From Carcharhinus amblyrhynchos (Eukaryota), in assembly GCA_965287045.1 (NCBI GenBank), contig OZ336874.1, positions 48,856,001 to 48,920,000 on the forward strand: a DNA stretch of 64,000 nt, written 5' to 3'. Every line of letters begins with the position of its first letter. The stretch's first letter is position 1. This document shows, piece after piece, positions 11,990 to 24,660 of this stretch. Under the pieces are notes generated by a model, which did no database searches, had not been told where the DNA came from, and saw only the letters and a program-made list of their open reading frames with translations. Position numbers and translations under genes: made by a program.

Positions 11990-12582
11990 TTGATTTATAT
12001 TTCTACATGTATTGGTACGTCATGAAAAGTATTGTGACTTGTGCACTATATTCTGCACCCTATCCTTTTCCCTGATATGTTTTGCATGTATAATCTTGCA
12101 GTTACAGGTAGTGTGAAGAGAAAGATCAGCTTACTATGTGAGTAGACCTTTCAAAAGTCTGACAGCAGGGAAGAAGCTGTTCTTGAATCTGTTGGTATGA
12201 GTTTTCAGACTTTTGTATCTTTTTCCTGACGGAAGAAGGTAGAAGAGACTATGTTCGGGGTGCGTATGGTCCTTGATTATGCTGGCTGTTTTCCTGAGGC
12301 AGTGGGAAATGTAGATGGAGTCAATGGATGGGAGTTTGCATGATGGACGGGGCTATGTTCACAACCCTTTGTGGTTTCTTGTGGTTTTGGTCAGAGCAGG
12401 AGCCAAACTGAGCTGTTGTACATCTATAAAAGTTGGTAAGAGTCATAGTGGACATACCGAATTTCTTTAGCCTTTTGAGAAAGCAGAGGTGTTGGTGGGC
12501 TTTCTCAACTACAGCATTGGCGTGGTGAGGCCAGGACACAGTGTTCGTGGTCTGGACACTTAAAAACTTGAAACTTTTGTCA
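11990..12582 (-). mobile_element. Rex1/Babar-type LINE 3' fragment
   Basis: ORF 12321-12539 KAHQHLCFLKRLKKFGMSTMTLTNFYRCT. Same family as 42371-43070 and 63760-64000. Confidence 0.8.
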
Positions 12583-13014
12583 ATGGTACATCATCACCCT
12601 CTTCCAACATACCTTTGCCAGTTCTCCAGTGCCATGTCACTGCCATCCCAGTGTTGCCACATCAAGCCTAGCCTTCTGCCCTGGCATTTTAAACATACCC
12701 TATCGGTGCTTGGTCCTTGTCTTTGTCCTGCTGCCCCTCTCCCATTCCTACTAGATCTTACAACTGCTTTCCTAATACTTCTATGTCTGTTGTGCAGTTT
12801 TGTGGCCTGCACCTCTGTATTTGTTATTAAAATGGATACGTTTCCCATTTATCCATCTACAAGAATCTAACCAATTGTAAATAGTCTACTTCATTGAACA
12901 GAAATGTTAAACTTCATTATGCAAAGTTCTCTTCCTTTTTTTTTGCATCTGCATTACGGTGTACATTTTAAGCATGCTTCTGATGGAGGATTCAAATATG
13001 TTGAATGGATTATT

Positions 13015-13450
13015 TAACAACAGCTTGTATTTATATGGTGGCTTAATTGAAGGAAAACTCTGAACATTATCAGTACAAATCTCCAAGGAGATATTAGGGC
13101 GGAGGACTAAGAGCTAGTTCAGAGGTTGGTCTTAAAGAGCATCTGAAAGAAGGAGGGATAGGTTGAAGGGTTTACGGAGGGGATGCAGAGCTTTGTACAG
13201 AAGATATAGCTGCCAATGGTGGAGCAGTTAGAGGTGGGAATATTCAAGTGGCCAGAATTGAAGGAGCACAGAGGATCTTGAATGGATCTAGGAAATTACA
13301 GAAATAGCAAGAAGCGAGGCTGTGGAGAGATTTGAAAATGGGATGAGAATTTTAGAATCAAGAATTTTAGAACCAAGATTCCGTATAGGCTAGCACACGC
13401 AGCTGACAAGTGGAAGAGACTTGGCTTTGATTGAATATATGTTGAAAAGA
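13015..13450 (-). mobile_element. L2 LINE 3' remnant
   Basis: acaacagcttgtatttatat tail and a purine-rich body typical of minus-strand L2. Confidence 0.55.
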
Positions 13451-13598
13451 TGGAGGAGATAGAGCTTGGTATAGTAGACATGCTGTGTTTGTATAATTGC
13501 TCAAAGGTCTGTTTATGACAGTGTTGTAGGCTTGGTTAAATGCCTCTTGAATTTGTTTAGTAATTATTTCTGAATTAAGTGTTTTGTTCTCTTCACAG

Positions 13599-13680
13599 TT
13601 ACTTAAATTTGGTTCAGATGTTGAGATTATTCTCCGAAAAACAGTAATCCAGGGAGTTCTCTCAAACCATGATACAATTA
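13599..13680 (+). CDS. LYRM7: LYRM7 coding exon 4 (LLKFGSDVEIILRKTVIQGVLSNHDTI)
   Basis: cttcacag|TTACTT...ATTA|gtaagt, 82 nt. Resembles human [27 protein letters not shown]. Confidence 0.97.
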
Positions 13681-13787
13681 GTAAGTAAAGTCCTTTCTTT
13701 CAAGTACACAAATCTAACCAAAAGAATGAATTGCCTGCTAAGACAGCAATTGCATGCTTTATGATCTTTGTTTGCATATGATCAGAT

Positions 13788-13961
13788 TGGATAGGATTTT
13801 CCACATGCCCTGCAGTGAGTTTTGCAGCGGCAAAGGTGGCTTGCCATTGGCTAGCGATGGCATCTTTTGGTCCCATCTCTGTGGGTGGGTTTCTTGTTGC
13901 TTGCACCCATCAGCTGGACAGGAAGATCCTGCCGGCAAAAGTGGCCAGAAAATTCCAGCCT
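13788..13961. mobile_element. Harbinger-type MITE
   Basis: Imperfect terminal inverted repeats ggataggattttcc...gaaaattccagcc. Confidence 0.45.
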
Positions 13962-16299
13962 CTTTGTCTGAAACCACTAAAATTGAGATTAGTTGGAGAT
14001 TTCCTTTTGCTACTTTTAATCAAAAGTCCAAGCCACTTTCATAGAATTGAATAAGAAAATAAGACCATAGAGTGCAGGACAAATGCAACAAAAGTTTGGG
14101 CCGTTGCGACAATGGCAACTCCTTGAAACATCTACTCACTTGATCTTGTTCATCTTCTCATTTCTTCTTTAAAGTTAATTTAAGTTATATATACACCACA
14201 AATGAGCTGGGTCATTCTATCATGAAACAACTATCTGCGTTTTTAAAAAGTGTTCTCTTAATCCAACCTTTCATTTTTTTTTCCTTCAGTCTTAAAACCA
14301 CATCTTTCCTTCATTTAACAACTCAATTGCAGTGTAAATTATTTTTACTGAACGCCTCTGCCTGATCATTCCTTAACCTTCTTTGCTTAAATAAAATCAT
14401 ATCCGATTTCTCATGCCTCTCCTCATAACTAAAGCCTTGATACCTTCCAGTTTATAGGATATGAAACAAAAATAGGCCACTCTGCCCATTCAGTCCATGT
14501 TGGGGTTTATACTCTACAGTCAAGCCTTTTCCATCATTTCTTGTTGTAACTATCTGTTCCCTTCTCTCTCATATGTTTAGCTTCTCCTTAAAGGTATCTA
14601 TACTATTCACTTCAACCACTTCCTGTGGTAGTTAAATTCCTTTTGAGTGATTGAAGTTTCTTCTAATTAATTCTAGTAATGCTTGTTGCCACATGAGGAA
14701 ACATTCTCTCTGTATCCACTCTGTCCAAGCCTTTCATAATTTTAAAGATTTCTGTTTTATAGTAAAGAGAGTCAGCCTGTATGTGGTACAGTGGCATGCT
14801 GGGGAACAGGGGAATTAGGAGCAGAAGTAGGTAAATTCAGCCCTTCGAGTCTGCTGTGCTATTCAATCAGATCAGATCTTCCTGGTCTCAAATCCACCTC
14901 CCCACCAGTTCCCCAAATCCCTTTAACCTGTTTTTTATCAGAAATACATCTATCGCCTTCTTGAAATCATTTGATGATTCAGAATCTGCCGTGCTATGGG
15001 GCAGCAAGATCGTGATGGGTTTCCAGTCAGGTGGTTCAAGTCATGAGCATTTCTGGTCAAGTTGGGTGAGGTCAAAAGTTGTTCAAAGCATGGAAATAAA
15101 CCAATGGGGCACAAGTGGTGAAGGGGAGAACTAGTCTGGCATTGCACTGTGCCAATGTGCACCAGCCAAATTATGCAGGTAACTTTTTTATTTTATTCAA
15201 TTAAAATTGATGTGTGGCACATGGAAAAATAACTGGTTCTTAGACAGTTTGACTTGAAACACTACTTTACCCATGCATTTCTGATATTCTTAGGATTCTC
15301 TGCATCCTCTCCAGTACTCTGCGTTTTCTAACTAGCATTTGTTACAGGCTTAGCATAACTCCCGCTGTGACAATAACATCCATGTATCTCTGAGGTTACG
15401 GGAGGGAGCACGATTCTATATCCTTTCCAGCCTCAAAAGTGTCCCTTAAACATTAACTGCTTCTGTCTGCCCTTTAGCCAGTTTCTTATCCATGCTGCTA
15501 CACTCCCTTTAAGACCATGTGTTTTTTTTTTAGCAAATGCATATAAACAGATTCCACATGCACAATATCCACAAAACCCTGGGAGGTTTTCCATTGTAGA
15601 AATCACCATTGCCTCAAGTTACTGCTGAATAGGAGGTTAAATTATCCTCTTCCAACAAGACTGCTTTGCAGCCCATTTGGGATTTGATCATTAAATTAAC
15701 TTGGACTCATGCCCAGTTGAACTTAAGCACTGTGGAACGCAAATGTTAGGTACCCATTCTCCATCCAGTGATCTTCCATTGGAGAGGCTTGTAAATCACT
15801 TGTAATTTTGCAGTTTACTTTTAAATTTCACGTCTTCGGGATAATAATAATCTATTAAATGTGTGAATTATAAATTAATCGGTGTGCTTCTGTTTCAGAA
15901 GTTCAGAAGCCCCCCAGCATTGAGTTTCTTATTGTTAAATATTCCCAACAATATGCAAGTTGTCTTTTGTTGAATACTGAGGTTGCTTTGGATAGGTTAG
16001 TGTTGAGCACTTGTATTCCAAACCAAAAGATCTGGTATTAAAAGGAATCTGTAATAGCGCTTCGTAATAACATTCTAAAGTTAATAGCTTTAGATCTTCA
16101 CTCTTAAAGCATGTATGTCTTTAAATAACCTATTTCTCCAAATGATGATTGACTTTCCAGCTGAAGGGGATTTTGCTTTGAGCAACTTGGTCACTTGGTG
16201 AAAATTGCTGCGTGTTTGATCAGATGCTGCTGTGCTCTTAACAACAATTGCCAGTTTGTATGAAAGCTTGCTTGGAGTAGTGATGGAAGGCTGTAATTT

Positions 16300-17065
16300 T
16301 TTAAAATTCTTTCACAGACTATGAGTGTCGCTGGCTAGGCCAGCATTTTTGTTGCCCATCTCTATTGACCTTGAGAAAGTGGTGGTGAGCACCACTTTGA
16401 ATCACTGCAGTCCATATGCTGTTGGTGCACCCACAGTGCTGGTAGGAAAGAAGTTGCAGGGTGTTGACTTTGTGACACTGAAGGAACATTAATATAGTTC
16501 CAAATCAGGATGGTTGGGAGGAAACTTGCAAGTAGTGCTATTCCCATCTACCTGCTTCCCTTGTCCTTCGAGGTAGTAGAGGTTGGAGTTTGCAAGACGT
16601 TTTTGCAAGATCCTTAATAAGTTGCTGTAGCGCATCTTGTAGATGGTTCGTCTTGCTGCAACTGTACATCGATGGTGGAGGGAGCAAATGTTTAAACTAA
16701 TGAATGGGATGCCAATCAAATGGGTTGCCTTATTCTGGATGGTATAAGTTTCTTGTGTCAATAGAGCTGCAATCATCCCGGCAAGTGGAGAGTATTCTAT
16801 TACACTCCCGACTTGTACGTTGTTGATGGTAGACAGGCCTTGGAGAGTCAGGAAGTGAGTTACTTTCCACAGAATACCCAGACTTTGGCCTGCTTTTGTA
16901 GCCATAGTATTTATATGGCTGGTTCAGTTCACTTTCTGGTCAATGGTAAGCCCAAGATGTCGATAGCAGGAAATTCAGTAAAGGAAATGTCTTTGAATGT
17001 CAAGAGACGATGGTTAGATTCTCCCTTGCTGGAAATGATAATTGCCTGGCATTTCAGTGTCAAGT
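16300..17065 (-). mobile_element. CR1/L2-group LINE 3' portion (putative partner of SINE C)
   Basis: ORF 16489-16905 KAGQSLGILWKVTHFLTLQGLSTINNVQVGSVIEYSPLA. 3' tail shared with SINE C. Other pieces at 25120-25560, 33400-33620, 47585-48282. Confidence 0.8.
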
Positions 17066-17077
17066 AACATTCGTACT

Positions 17078-17165
17078 ACTCATCACCTGATGAAGGAGCA
17101 GCATTCCAAAAGCTTGATTTCAAATAAACCTGTTGGACTGTAACCTGGTGTCATGTAACTTCTGA
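17078..17165 (+). mobile_element. Isolated Penelope-like pLTR fragment with mutated hammerhead
   Basis: cacCTGATGAaggagcagcattccAAAAgcttga (GAAA mutated), then aaataaacctgttggact..aacctggtg. Confidence 0.7.
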
Positions 17166-17469
17166 TCTTGTGATGGAAGGAGGGTCATTAATGAAGCAGG
17201 TGATTGGGCTAGGACACTCCCCTAAGGAATCCCTGCCGTGAGCTGACGTGATTGACGTCCAGTAACCATCTTCGCTATATAAAACATTGTCTATCTAATT
17301 AAATATCAGATTAAACTAATAAGAGACTCCCATCACAAGTCCATTGGGTAAATAAATCATTTTTATCAATTTTCAAACTTTTTTTTTCATTGTTTCTGAT
17401 TTTTTTTGAATTAACTTCCATGAGGCCCAAGTTTCCCAATTGTAGTAACAGTTGGCTAGTCTCAGTATT

Positions 17470-17816
17470 ATCATAGAATCACAGAACCCTACAGTGCAGA
17501 AAGAGGCCCTTCAGCCCATCGAGTCTGCACTGACCACCATCCCACCCAGGCCCTACCCCCATATCCCTACACATTTACCCACTAATCCCTCTAAACTACA
17601 CATCCCTGGACACTAAGGGGCAATTTCTTAGCACGGCCAATCGACCTAACCCACACATCTTTGGACTGTGGGAGGAAACCGGAGTACCTGGAGGAAACCC
17701 ACACAGACACGTGGAGAATGTGCAAACTCCACACAGACAGTGACCCGAGCCGGGAATCGAAACCCAGGTCCCTGGAGCTGTGAAGCAGCAGTGCTAACAC
17801 TGCTACCGTGCAGCCC
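17470..17816 (-). mobile_element. HE1-like SINE with CR1-derived tail (type B)
   Basis: Same head and core as type A, but tail gggcctgggtgggat..cctctttctgcactgtagggttctgtgattctatga resembles the CR1 3' end. Confidence 0.88.
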
Positions 17817-18125
17817 AAAATTATGATCAGAAAAGCTACAGCATAACCTGTAATGGTGTTTTATTAAGCTGACAGTATTCGAATCAACACAATTGTTTTT
17901 GAGAAACGAGAAAGATGTGGGAAAATGCTCCACCCAGAGTTGGTAAATAATGGTTTTATCATGGACTTGACTTTCATGCACATTTAATGATCTTTTCAAA
18001 GGAATACTGAAATCCTTCCTCTACCTCTCTCATAAAAATCTCAAAGTGCCATTAATATCTCTAGCCCTCAATTTCCCTTCTCATAAGATACCGATCAAAT
18101 AACTTACCTTTTTCTTTCCCCACAG

Positions 18126-18199
18126 CCATTGCACCCAGGAAAGAAGTTCTTCTGGATAACTTGCCTTTCAATGAAAATCCTACACAGAAAGATACTTAG
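18126..18199 (+). CDS. LYRM7: LYRM7 last coding exon (TIAPRKEVLLDNLPFNENPTQKDT*)
   Basis: Polypyrimidine tract, then cacag|CCATT..., stop TAG at 18197-18199. Resembles human [23 protein letters not shown]. Total CDS 318 nt = 105 aa. Confidence 0.95.
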
Positions 18200-18379
18200 T
18201 GTAGAAAATATTGCTGTGCTGGATTTAATTTATTACCATGTCTCTAACATTGTATTGGAACAAATGAGGTTTGCCTTTTCTGAAGATGTTAAGTGTAGAT
18301 AACATTTGTAATGAAACTAGCTTGGATGTGGTGAGACAACATCTCATTTGTTTTTGCCCAGTGTACAGGCTCGTTAGCA

Positions 18380-18470
18380 ATGAAAATAAAAATGAAAAAT
18401 GTTGGAAGCATTCAGCTGGTGGGCAGAGAGAAACATTTAACATTTCAGGCTGATAGTCTTTCACCAGACC
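18380..18470 (-). mobile_element. Decayed Penelope-like terminal remnant in LYRM7 3'UTR
   Basis: Minus strand ctggtgaaagactatcagcctgaaatgttaa..gctgaatgcttccaacatttttcatttttattt. Related remnants at ~2720-2830 and ~25000-25090. Confidence 0.5.
18385..18390 (+). terminator. Candidate LYRM7 polyadenylation signal (alternative at 18704-18709)
   Basis: First AATAAA downstream of the stop codon. Usage cannot be verified from sequence. Confidence 0.35.
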
Positions 18471-20263
18471 TATTTGTAATGCCGAATGGTGCATAAGACT
18501 TAAGATTCCTATTGTATTTCCAAATACAATTGTGTACAATAGTCTAGTAGGTATACAGGAGACCACAGTGCTGTGAAATATTTTATGTTGTGTGGATTTG
18601 GGAATTTCCTTTTCCCTGACCTTTGGCATCCCTCCTTCATTAGAGCTAAAAGAAGCCTGGTTTGAGCTGACAGTCCAGGAACCAAGTTATGGAATAATTA
18701 CCAAATAAATAATATACTTCTAAGAACTCATAGATGAAAAACAAAGTATTGTTCATCTACTTCGCCTTTTACTGTCATAGTATTGCATGATGCAGTGATA
18801 ATGGATTGTCAACTAATCATTACAACCAACCTCTCTCAATTAGATGATCACAGACCCAGACGTGACGTTAAGAAAATCTGTGGGTGAAATAGAATTGTTA
18901 TAGCACTGAGGATGGCCATTCAGCCTGTTGTGTTTGTGCCAGCTCTCTGCTAGAGCAAAGCTGCTGGTTGTACACCACACGCTGCCCCCCCCCCCCGCCC
19001 CCAAGCCCACGCCCGATCCCCTCTCTTCCAGCCCAGCAAATATTTTCTGTTCAAATACTCATCTAACTTTGTCTTTGGAAGGCAACAATCAAATCTACCT
19101 CCCCCAGGCAGTGTGTTTCAGATTCAGCACTTTAGTTCCTATAGACGAATTTTTAAAAAATTCCACTGAAATTGGTGCAGGATGCCAATGGCACTGAATT
19201 CTGCATGACGTGACAGAATCGCTCAGCTTTTTGTGTGTTTCTTTGTTATTTTCCCTGTTGCATTGTAAAACATGTTGAGCCAGTGCAGCATGTTGGTGTG
19301 CCTGTGTTAGTGTAAAATTACATTATGATAGGAACATGCGTGGCAAATTGAGCTTTCTCCATATTTTTGCAGACATGCAACTGTTATTTTTTTTATTAAT
19401 TAGAAGAGTTGTCCGTTTGTTAACCTTTGTCCGCACACACATGGGGGTGATGCATTGGAGGATGCTTCAGAGAATGGAGTGTCAGTGTCCTCTTTGCAAT
19501 TCCGAACAAAGATGTGTTTGTTTGGAATATTGTTCTCAATCTATAATTTGTTCTTTTTTTTGTAAAAAAAAAGGGGCAGTGTGATCACGGCCACTAGAGT
19601 TGATGCACTTTTGTTTTCAAAGTCAACACCTCGCAATTAAAATTTATTTTTTGGACTATTTTCAGCTGGGAGAAGACAAGATCATCCTCAGTGGCTCTAT
19701 AACTACAGGACTGTGCTGTTGTAATTGGTTTTACCCAAGTGTACAAAATGACTTGCGAACCTAACCCTCCTTTTCTGCCAATTTAGAATTGGATAATGTT
19801 ATCCAAATTAAATCATTGCTGGATCGGCAGTAAGGAATGTGTTTACATACATGGTTACAGTTAAAGCATTGTTAACCAATCTGAAGCATTTTTTAATATG
19901 TAAAACAAGTTTGAACTTTTATCTTGTGATGGTTAGGATTTTAAGGAAAGTTTTTAGGGACTATGCTGGTTTTTTTCTTCCATGTTCACACCAATACAAT
20001 TTTGGAGTATACTTTGCTGTTTTCTGTGTTTTGTTTTCATTTTTTGTCCATATGTATATTTCCATTATTTAATTTACAGTATTCTTCTTCCTTGAGAGAT
20101 GCCCAGTACTGGAATCTTTACTGTTACTTCAACCAGCATTGTTGATTCTCTTTTCAAACTGCCCTATTACATGCTGTACAAAAATGACTTGTTATTCTTA
20201 AGGACAAAAATGCTTTAGACAAAAATTGTCAGTTTATCCTTTTAGCTCTGCTCATGGGACAGT

Positions 20264-20454
20264 GATGTGTAGATGCCAGCATTGGATGGGTGGTGGTGGC
20301 GGCGGCGGCGGTGGGGTGGGGGACACAGTAAAAAGTCTTGCAACACCTGGTTAAAGCTTTCAGAGTGCTGCTCCCTCATCAGGTGACTGAGGGAGGAGCA
20401 GTGCTCCGAATGGTTGTGATTCCAAATAAACCTGGTGTTGTGAGACTTCTTACT
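20264..20454. mobile_element. ORF-less mini Penelope derivative: tail + inverted pLTR + direct pLTR
   Basis: agtaaaaagtcttgcaacacctgg ... cctggtgttgtgagacttcttact inverted termini. Two opposed decayed hammerheads. Degenerate TSD atgggacagt/atggggctgt. Confidence 0.75.
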
Positions 20455-22817
20455 ATGGGGCTGTGTTATGCAGAGTTGCCCTTTAGCCTCATCTTATTTG
20501 AACATGAGAAAATACCATTGGTTCAATTAAAGCCTAACTTTGATATCTTAACTCATTCAACCATGCACCCAACTTCTTTAACTGTTTCAAATAACTTGAA
20601 TTATTGATTTCTGGAATTGTCGTAATCGCTCCTTCCCTTGAACAATATCCTTCTGAGCCAGCACTAAGAATTGCACACAGTATGTAAGACGGGATCTAAG
20701 TTCACCTATTTAAATGTTGCTAAGTAATTTATTTACTTTCTTTTAGCTACAGCTGAACAATGCTGACTGTTTTGTAGGTTTATCTCCTGTAATTCCTCAA
20801 ATCTCTTTTATGATCAGCAAGATAGAACACTTTAATACACATGTTTAAACATTTCAATTCCCTGCTAAGATGCTATTTATCCTCACTAACTACCACTTAT
20901 TTGGCACAGTTGATGAAATGCCTTGTTTCCTCATTAATCTGCAATGTTGCTGAATATTTGCCCTGCCTCCAATTTTGACATCACATGCAAACATGGAATT
21001 TTGTTTGAAACATTCAGCCAAATCACTAATGTATGTTTGACAGAGCAAGGGTCTCGAGACAAACTGAAGGTATTAAACATGGTTCCAGCAATCAACAAGA
21101 ATAAGTCTCAAAGGACAGACTGATTAGAATATCCTCTGTGGTGATTGAAGTCCTCGTATGAGATTCTGTTCACGAACAATAGGTATCATTAGTATGCTTT
21201 TAGGAGTGCTGCAATGATTTAAAATCCTGCCAGGTGACCAGAGATTAAAGTGACCTGACCATTTCAGAATTTTCATAGCTGACTTGCAGGAATGCAGTCG
21301 TTGATCACAAGGCCCCCTGAAATCACCATGCCGGGGTGATCTTCTGGACTGTCAGGACTAGAAGGGGCAGTGTAGCCATGACACTCCAGTCCTGGGGCAG
21401 AGTGGCAAGGTCAACCCCTTTCTCCCAGCCCAAGCCCATGCAACCCCAGGATCTCTCAAGGTCCCATCCTCTGCCTAGCAATAGCAGAAGGGCAGATGGC
21501 CCATTGGGCCCAAGGCAATAGGCCAGGATGTTAGTGCCAGAGGATAGTGCACCAGGGGCACTACCAATATGAGTACCTTAAAGAAGGTCTGCATAGGGGT
21601 CTGGGAGGAGACCTGAGTGAAGTGGGAGGGCTTGAATGAAGGATCTGGGGAGGGGGTGCCATCACCTTCATGCCTGTTGGAGGGAGGATGCCCCTCTTTC
21701 ATGAAAGGTTGGTGGTGCTTCCCTGGCCAATTGAGTGTGGGGGCAGTGGGGGGAAGAGACCTGTCTCCAAGTTCAGAGTTCAGGATGTGCTTTAAGGGTG
21801 GCAGCCTGGTCTTGGAACAGCGGGGCTAGCTGGTGGATTGCACCAAACAACCTCATTTGAACCTTTCCAGTGAATCCCACTTTTGCTGCCAGCACCAGCA
21901 GGAACCACTTCTGTTTTCCCATTAGCATAGGCACTTATCCTCAAAATGGGAGAATACGACTCCAACTTGCTTTCTGTGCCTACTTCTGAATCTATCCTTT
22001 GCTTAATTTTCTTGTTTTTTGTTATTATTTTGACTTTTTAATAAAAAGGGAGCCTCAAAAGTGCAGTTTACCAATGGTTTACATATTCAAATTAAGTGTG
22101 AAAGATCATGTAAATGAGATGATGTAATTCTGGATCTGCTATGAAAGCTCATGTAAGTAATATGATGTATGTAAGAAAATTTTAATTGTCAAGGTGTTTT
22201 TGAGAATAAGTTTGAGCTACAGCATGTTACTTAGCTTTAAAAAAATTTGGAAATTTACAGATTGCGCTGATCAGGATTTGACTAATTACAGCTCATGAGA
22301 AACTGGGAACTAACTAAAACTGTACAGATAAAGAATGGATTTTAAATACAAACATTGTCAAAATTGATTTTAAAGTATTTTCTATAGCAGAGTCAGCACT
22401 TCTACTGCTGTTTTCAGAATGTTTGCATGTATATATCTACTTTTTTGAAAGTGCACACGGTTATCCACAATTCCTGCTTACGATTTTTGATATATATTGT
22501 CAAACTTTCCCATTAAGTTGCTGATGTACAAACTCTATTCAGTTACTTGATGCATTTGCAGTGTTTGCATTACAGGTGGTGCTATAGAACCTCCATTGTC
22601 CATCGCCACTACTATTCCACCAATCATGGCATTGAGAGCCTTGCTCTATTGTGTCTCAGGTGTTCAGAGCAAAACTTCCTAAATTACAAGTTGAAGATTT
22701 ATTTGCGCACACTTAATGAATGGTGCTTTCTGTCCCTTCAGAAGTTTCAGAGTGATTTTTCTCTGCACTCCACTCTACTGATTGGAAATGGGATCTGATT
22801 TTTCTTTTTAAAAATAG

Positions 22818-23015
22818 TGGCCAGAATTCTCCAACCATTCACGCTGGCGGGATTCTCTGGTCCCGCTGGCAGTGCAACCCCTGCCCACAGATTTCCCGCT
22901 GGTGTGTGGGTGTGGATGTCAAGGGGATTCCCATTGACAATGGCGGGACCAGAGAATCCCACCACCGGCAAACAGTGCGCCGCATCCTGCCAGAGGGAAC
23001 CCTGCAGCTGGGATC
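22818..23015. mobile_element. Palindromic Harbinger-type MITE
   Basis: Terminus ggccagaattctcc. Internal inverted pair ggcgggattctctggtcccgc / gcgggaccagagaatcccacc. Confidence 0.6.
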
Positions 23016-23579
23016 CCATATGGGAAATAGTCTTTGTGACATTCCCCAGATTAACTCAGCGTCAACCTAAGACCTTTATTGCTCTCCCCCTCAAAAGTTT
23101 CATTCCATTTGATATTCTGTGTGGTGTGACCCTAGCCCCATTACATGTCTGGCATTTTAAAAATTTTTTCCTAAGCCCAACCGCCCCTGCCCCCAACTGG
23201 GTTAGATGGGGAATGTGGAATTCAAAACATAAGATTAGCCATGAAGGGCAGAGAAGACTTGAGGATCCAAGTGGCCTACTCCTATTTCACCTCGTCTGTG
23301 ACCACTTTAACTCTTAATCTTTATGTAGCATGTTTGACAGAGAAACAGGCCATTCAGCCAACCCATTGACATTTATGTTCCACTTGTCTCCTCCCATTTT
23401 TTCTTGTCTAAATCTTTCATCATAACCCTCTATTCCCTTCTCCCTCAAACATACCTAGCTTCCCCTTAAATGTATCTGTACTATGGGCCTCAACCACTCC
23501 CTCTGCTAGCAAATTCCATTTTCAAACCCCCATCTGGCTGAAGGAATTTCTCCTGAATTTCTGATAAATTTACTAAGTG

Positions 23580-24660
23580 AAACCTTTAGTGTGTCCTTGT
23601 AATGCTTCCTTTGATTCACGAAGGAGCATCCCAGACTTGAGCTTCCTATAGAGGGTTTGCTTTAGTGAGTGTCAGATTATCCCAGTATATTGTATGGATA
23701 CATGGCATTCCGACTCAGTTGAGCATCTTGCGTCTCTTATTTTTGTCCAGCCGTGTAATCTTCAAGTGAAAGTGGGTGAGCTTCTTGGTATGGCACTGAT
23801 AAATTGATGCAAATAGCAATGTGGGCAGGGCCATTGCTCTATAGACTTTGTTTGGTAGGCAGACTGATGGCAGACTTTGAACAACGGCTATATTTTCTTT
23901 TGCAATCCTTGCATGTGTCTTGTTGTCAATATAGATGGCTTGAGAGTCTGTGTGCTACTGAGACTTATCTGCTGCTTACAGGTTCTGGTCATGGGTTTTC
24001 CTGGACAGGCTGATACTCAACTTTTCTTCATGCTGATCACGAGGGCACCACAGTGGTTAGTACTGCTGCCTCATAGCACCAGGGACCCAGATTCAATTCC
24101 CAGCTTGGGTCATTGCATGTGTGGAGTTTGCATGTTCTCCCTGGTGTCTGTGTGGGTTTTCTCCTAGTGCTCTGGTTTCCTCCCACAGTCCAAAAGATGT
24201 TCTGGTTAGGTGCACTGACCATGCTAAATTCTCCCTCTGTGTACCCAAACTGGCACCGGAGTGTGACAACTAAGGGATTTTCACAGTAACTTCATTGCAG
24301 TGTTAATGTAAGCCTGCTTGTGACAATAATAAATAAACTTCACTTTTAGTTTCGACCAAAGTTGTCTCATGCATTGGAGAACAAGGCCATGCTCAATGGC
24401 ATGTTCAGCTCTAATCCAACAGCTGGTGCTCAGTCAGTGGCTGACAGGAGATGAAGTATGGCTTTGGGAGACCTTGAACTTTGCCTTGAGTCATCTCGGA
24501 TTGAGTAGCTTCTTGTCCATGCAATGTCTGCTTTCAATACCAGGATCACCATCCTGGAAGACACTGGAAAGCACAGTGGAGAAAAACATGCTGCAGAGGG
24601 TTGGCACCAGCACGCAACCCTGTTAATCCCATTAGTGACTGGGATTGCGACAGAAGATGC
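23580..24660 (-). mobile_element. RTE-clade LINE remnant interrupted by a type-A SINE
   Basis: Minus-strand AIPVTNG..(Q)GCVLVPTL and LKQTLYRKLKSG are RTE RT and C-terminal motifs. Confidence 0.65.
24042..24345 (+). mobile_element. V-SINE/HE1-like SINE type A
   Basis: Full head, core and tail, homologous to 357-638. Confidence 0.88.
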
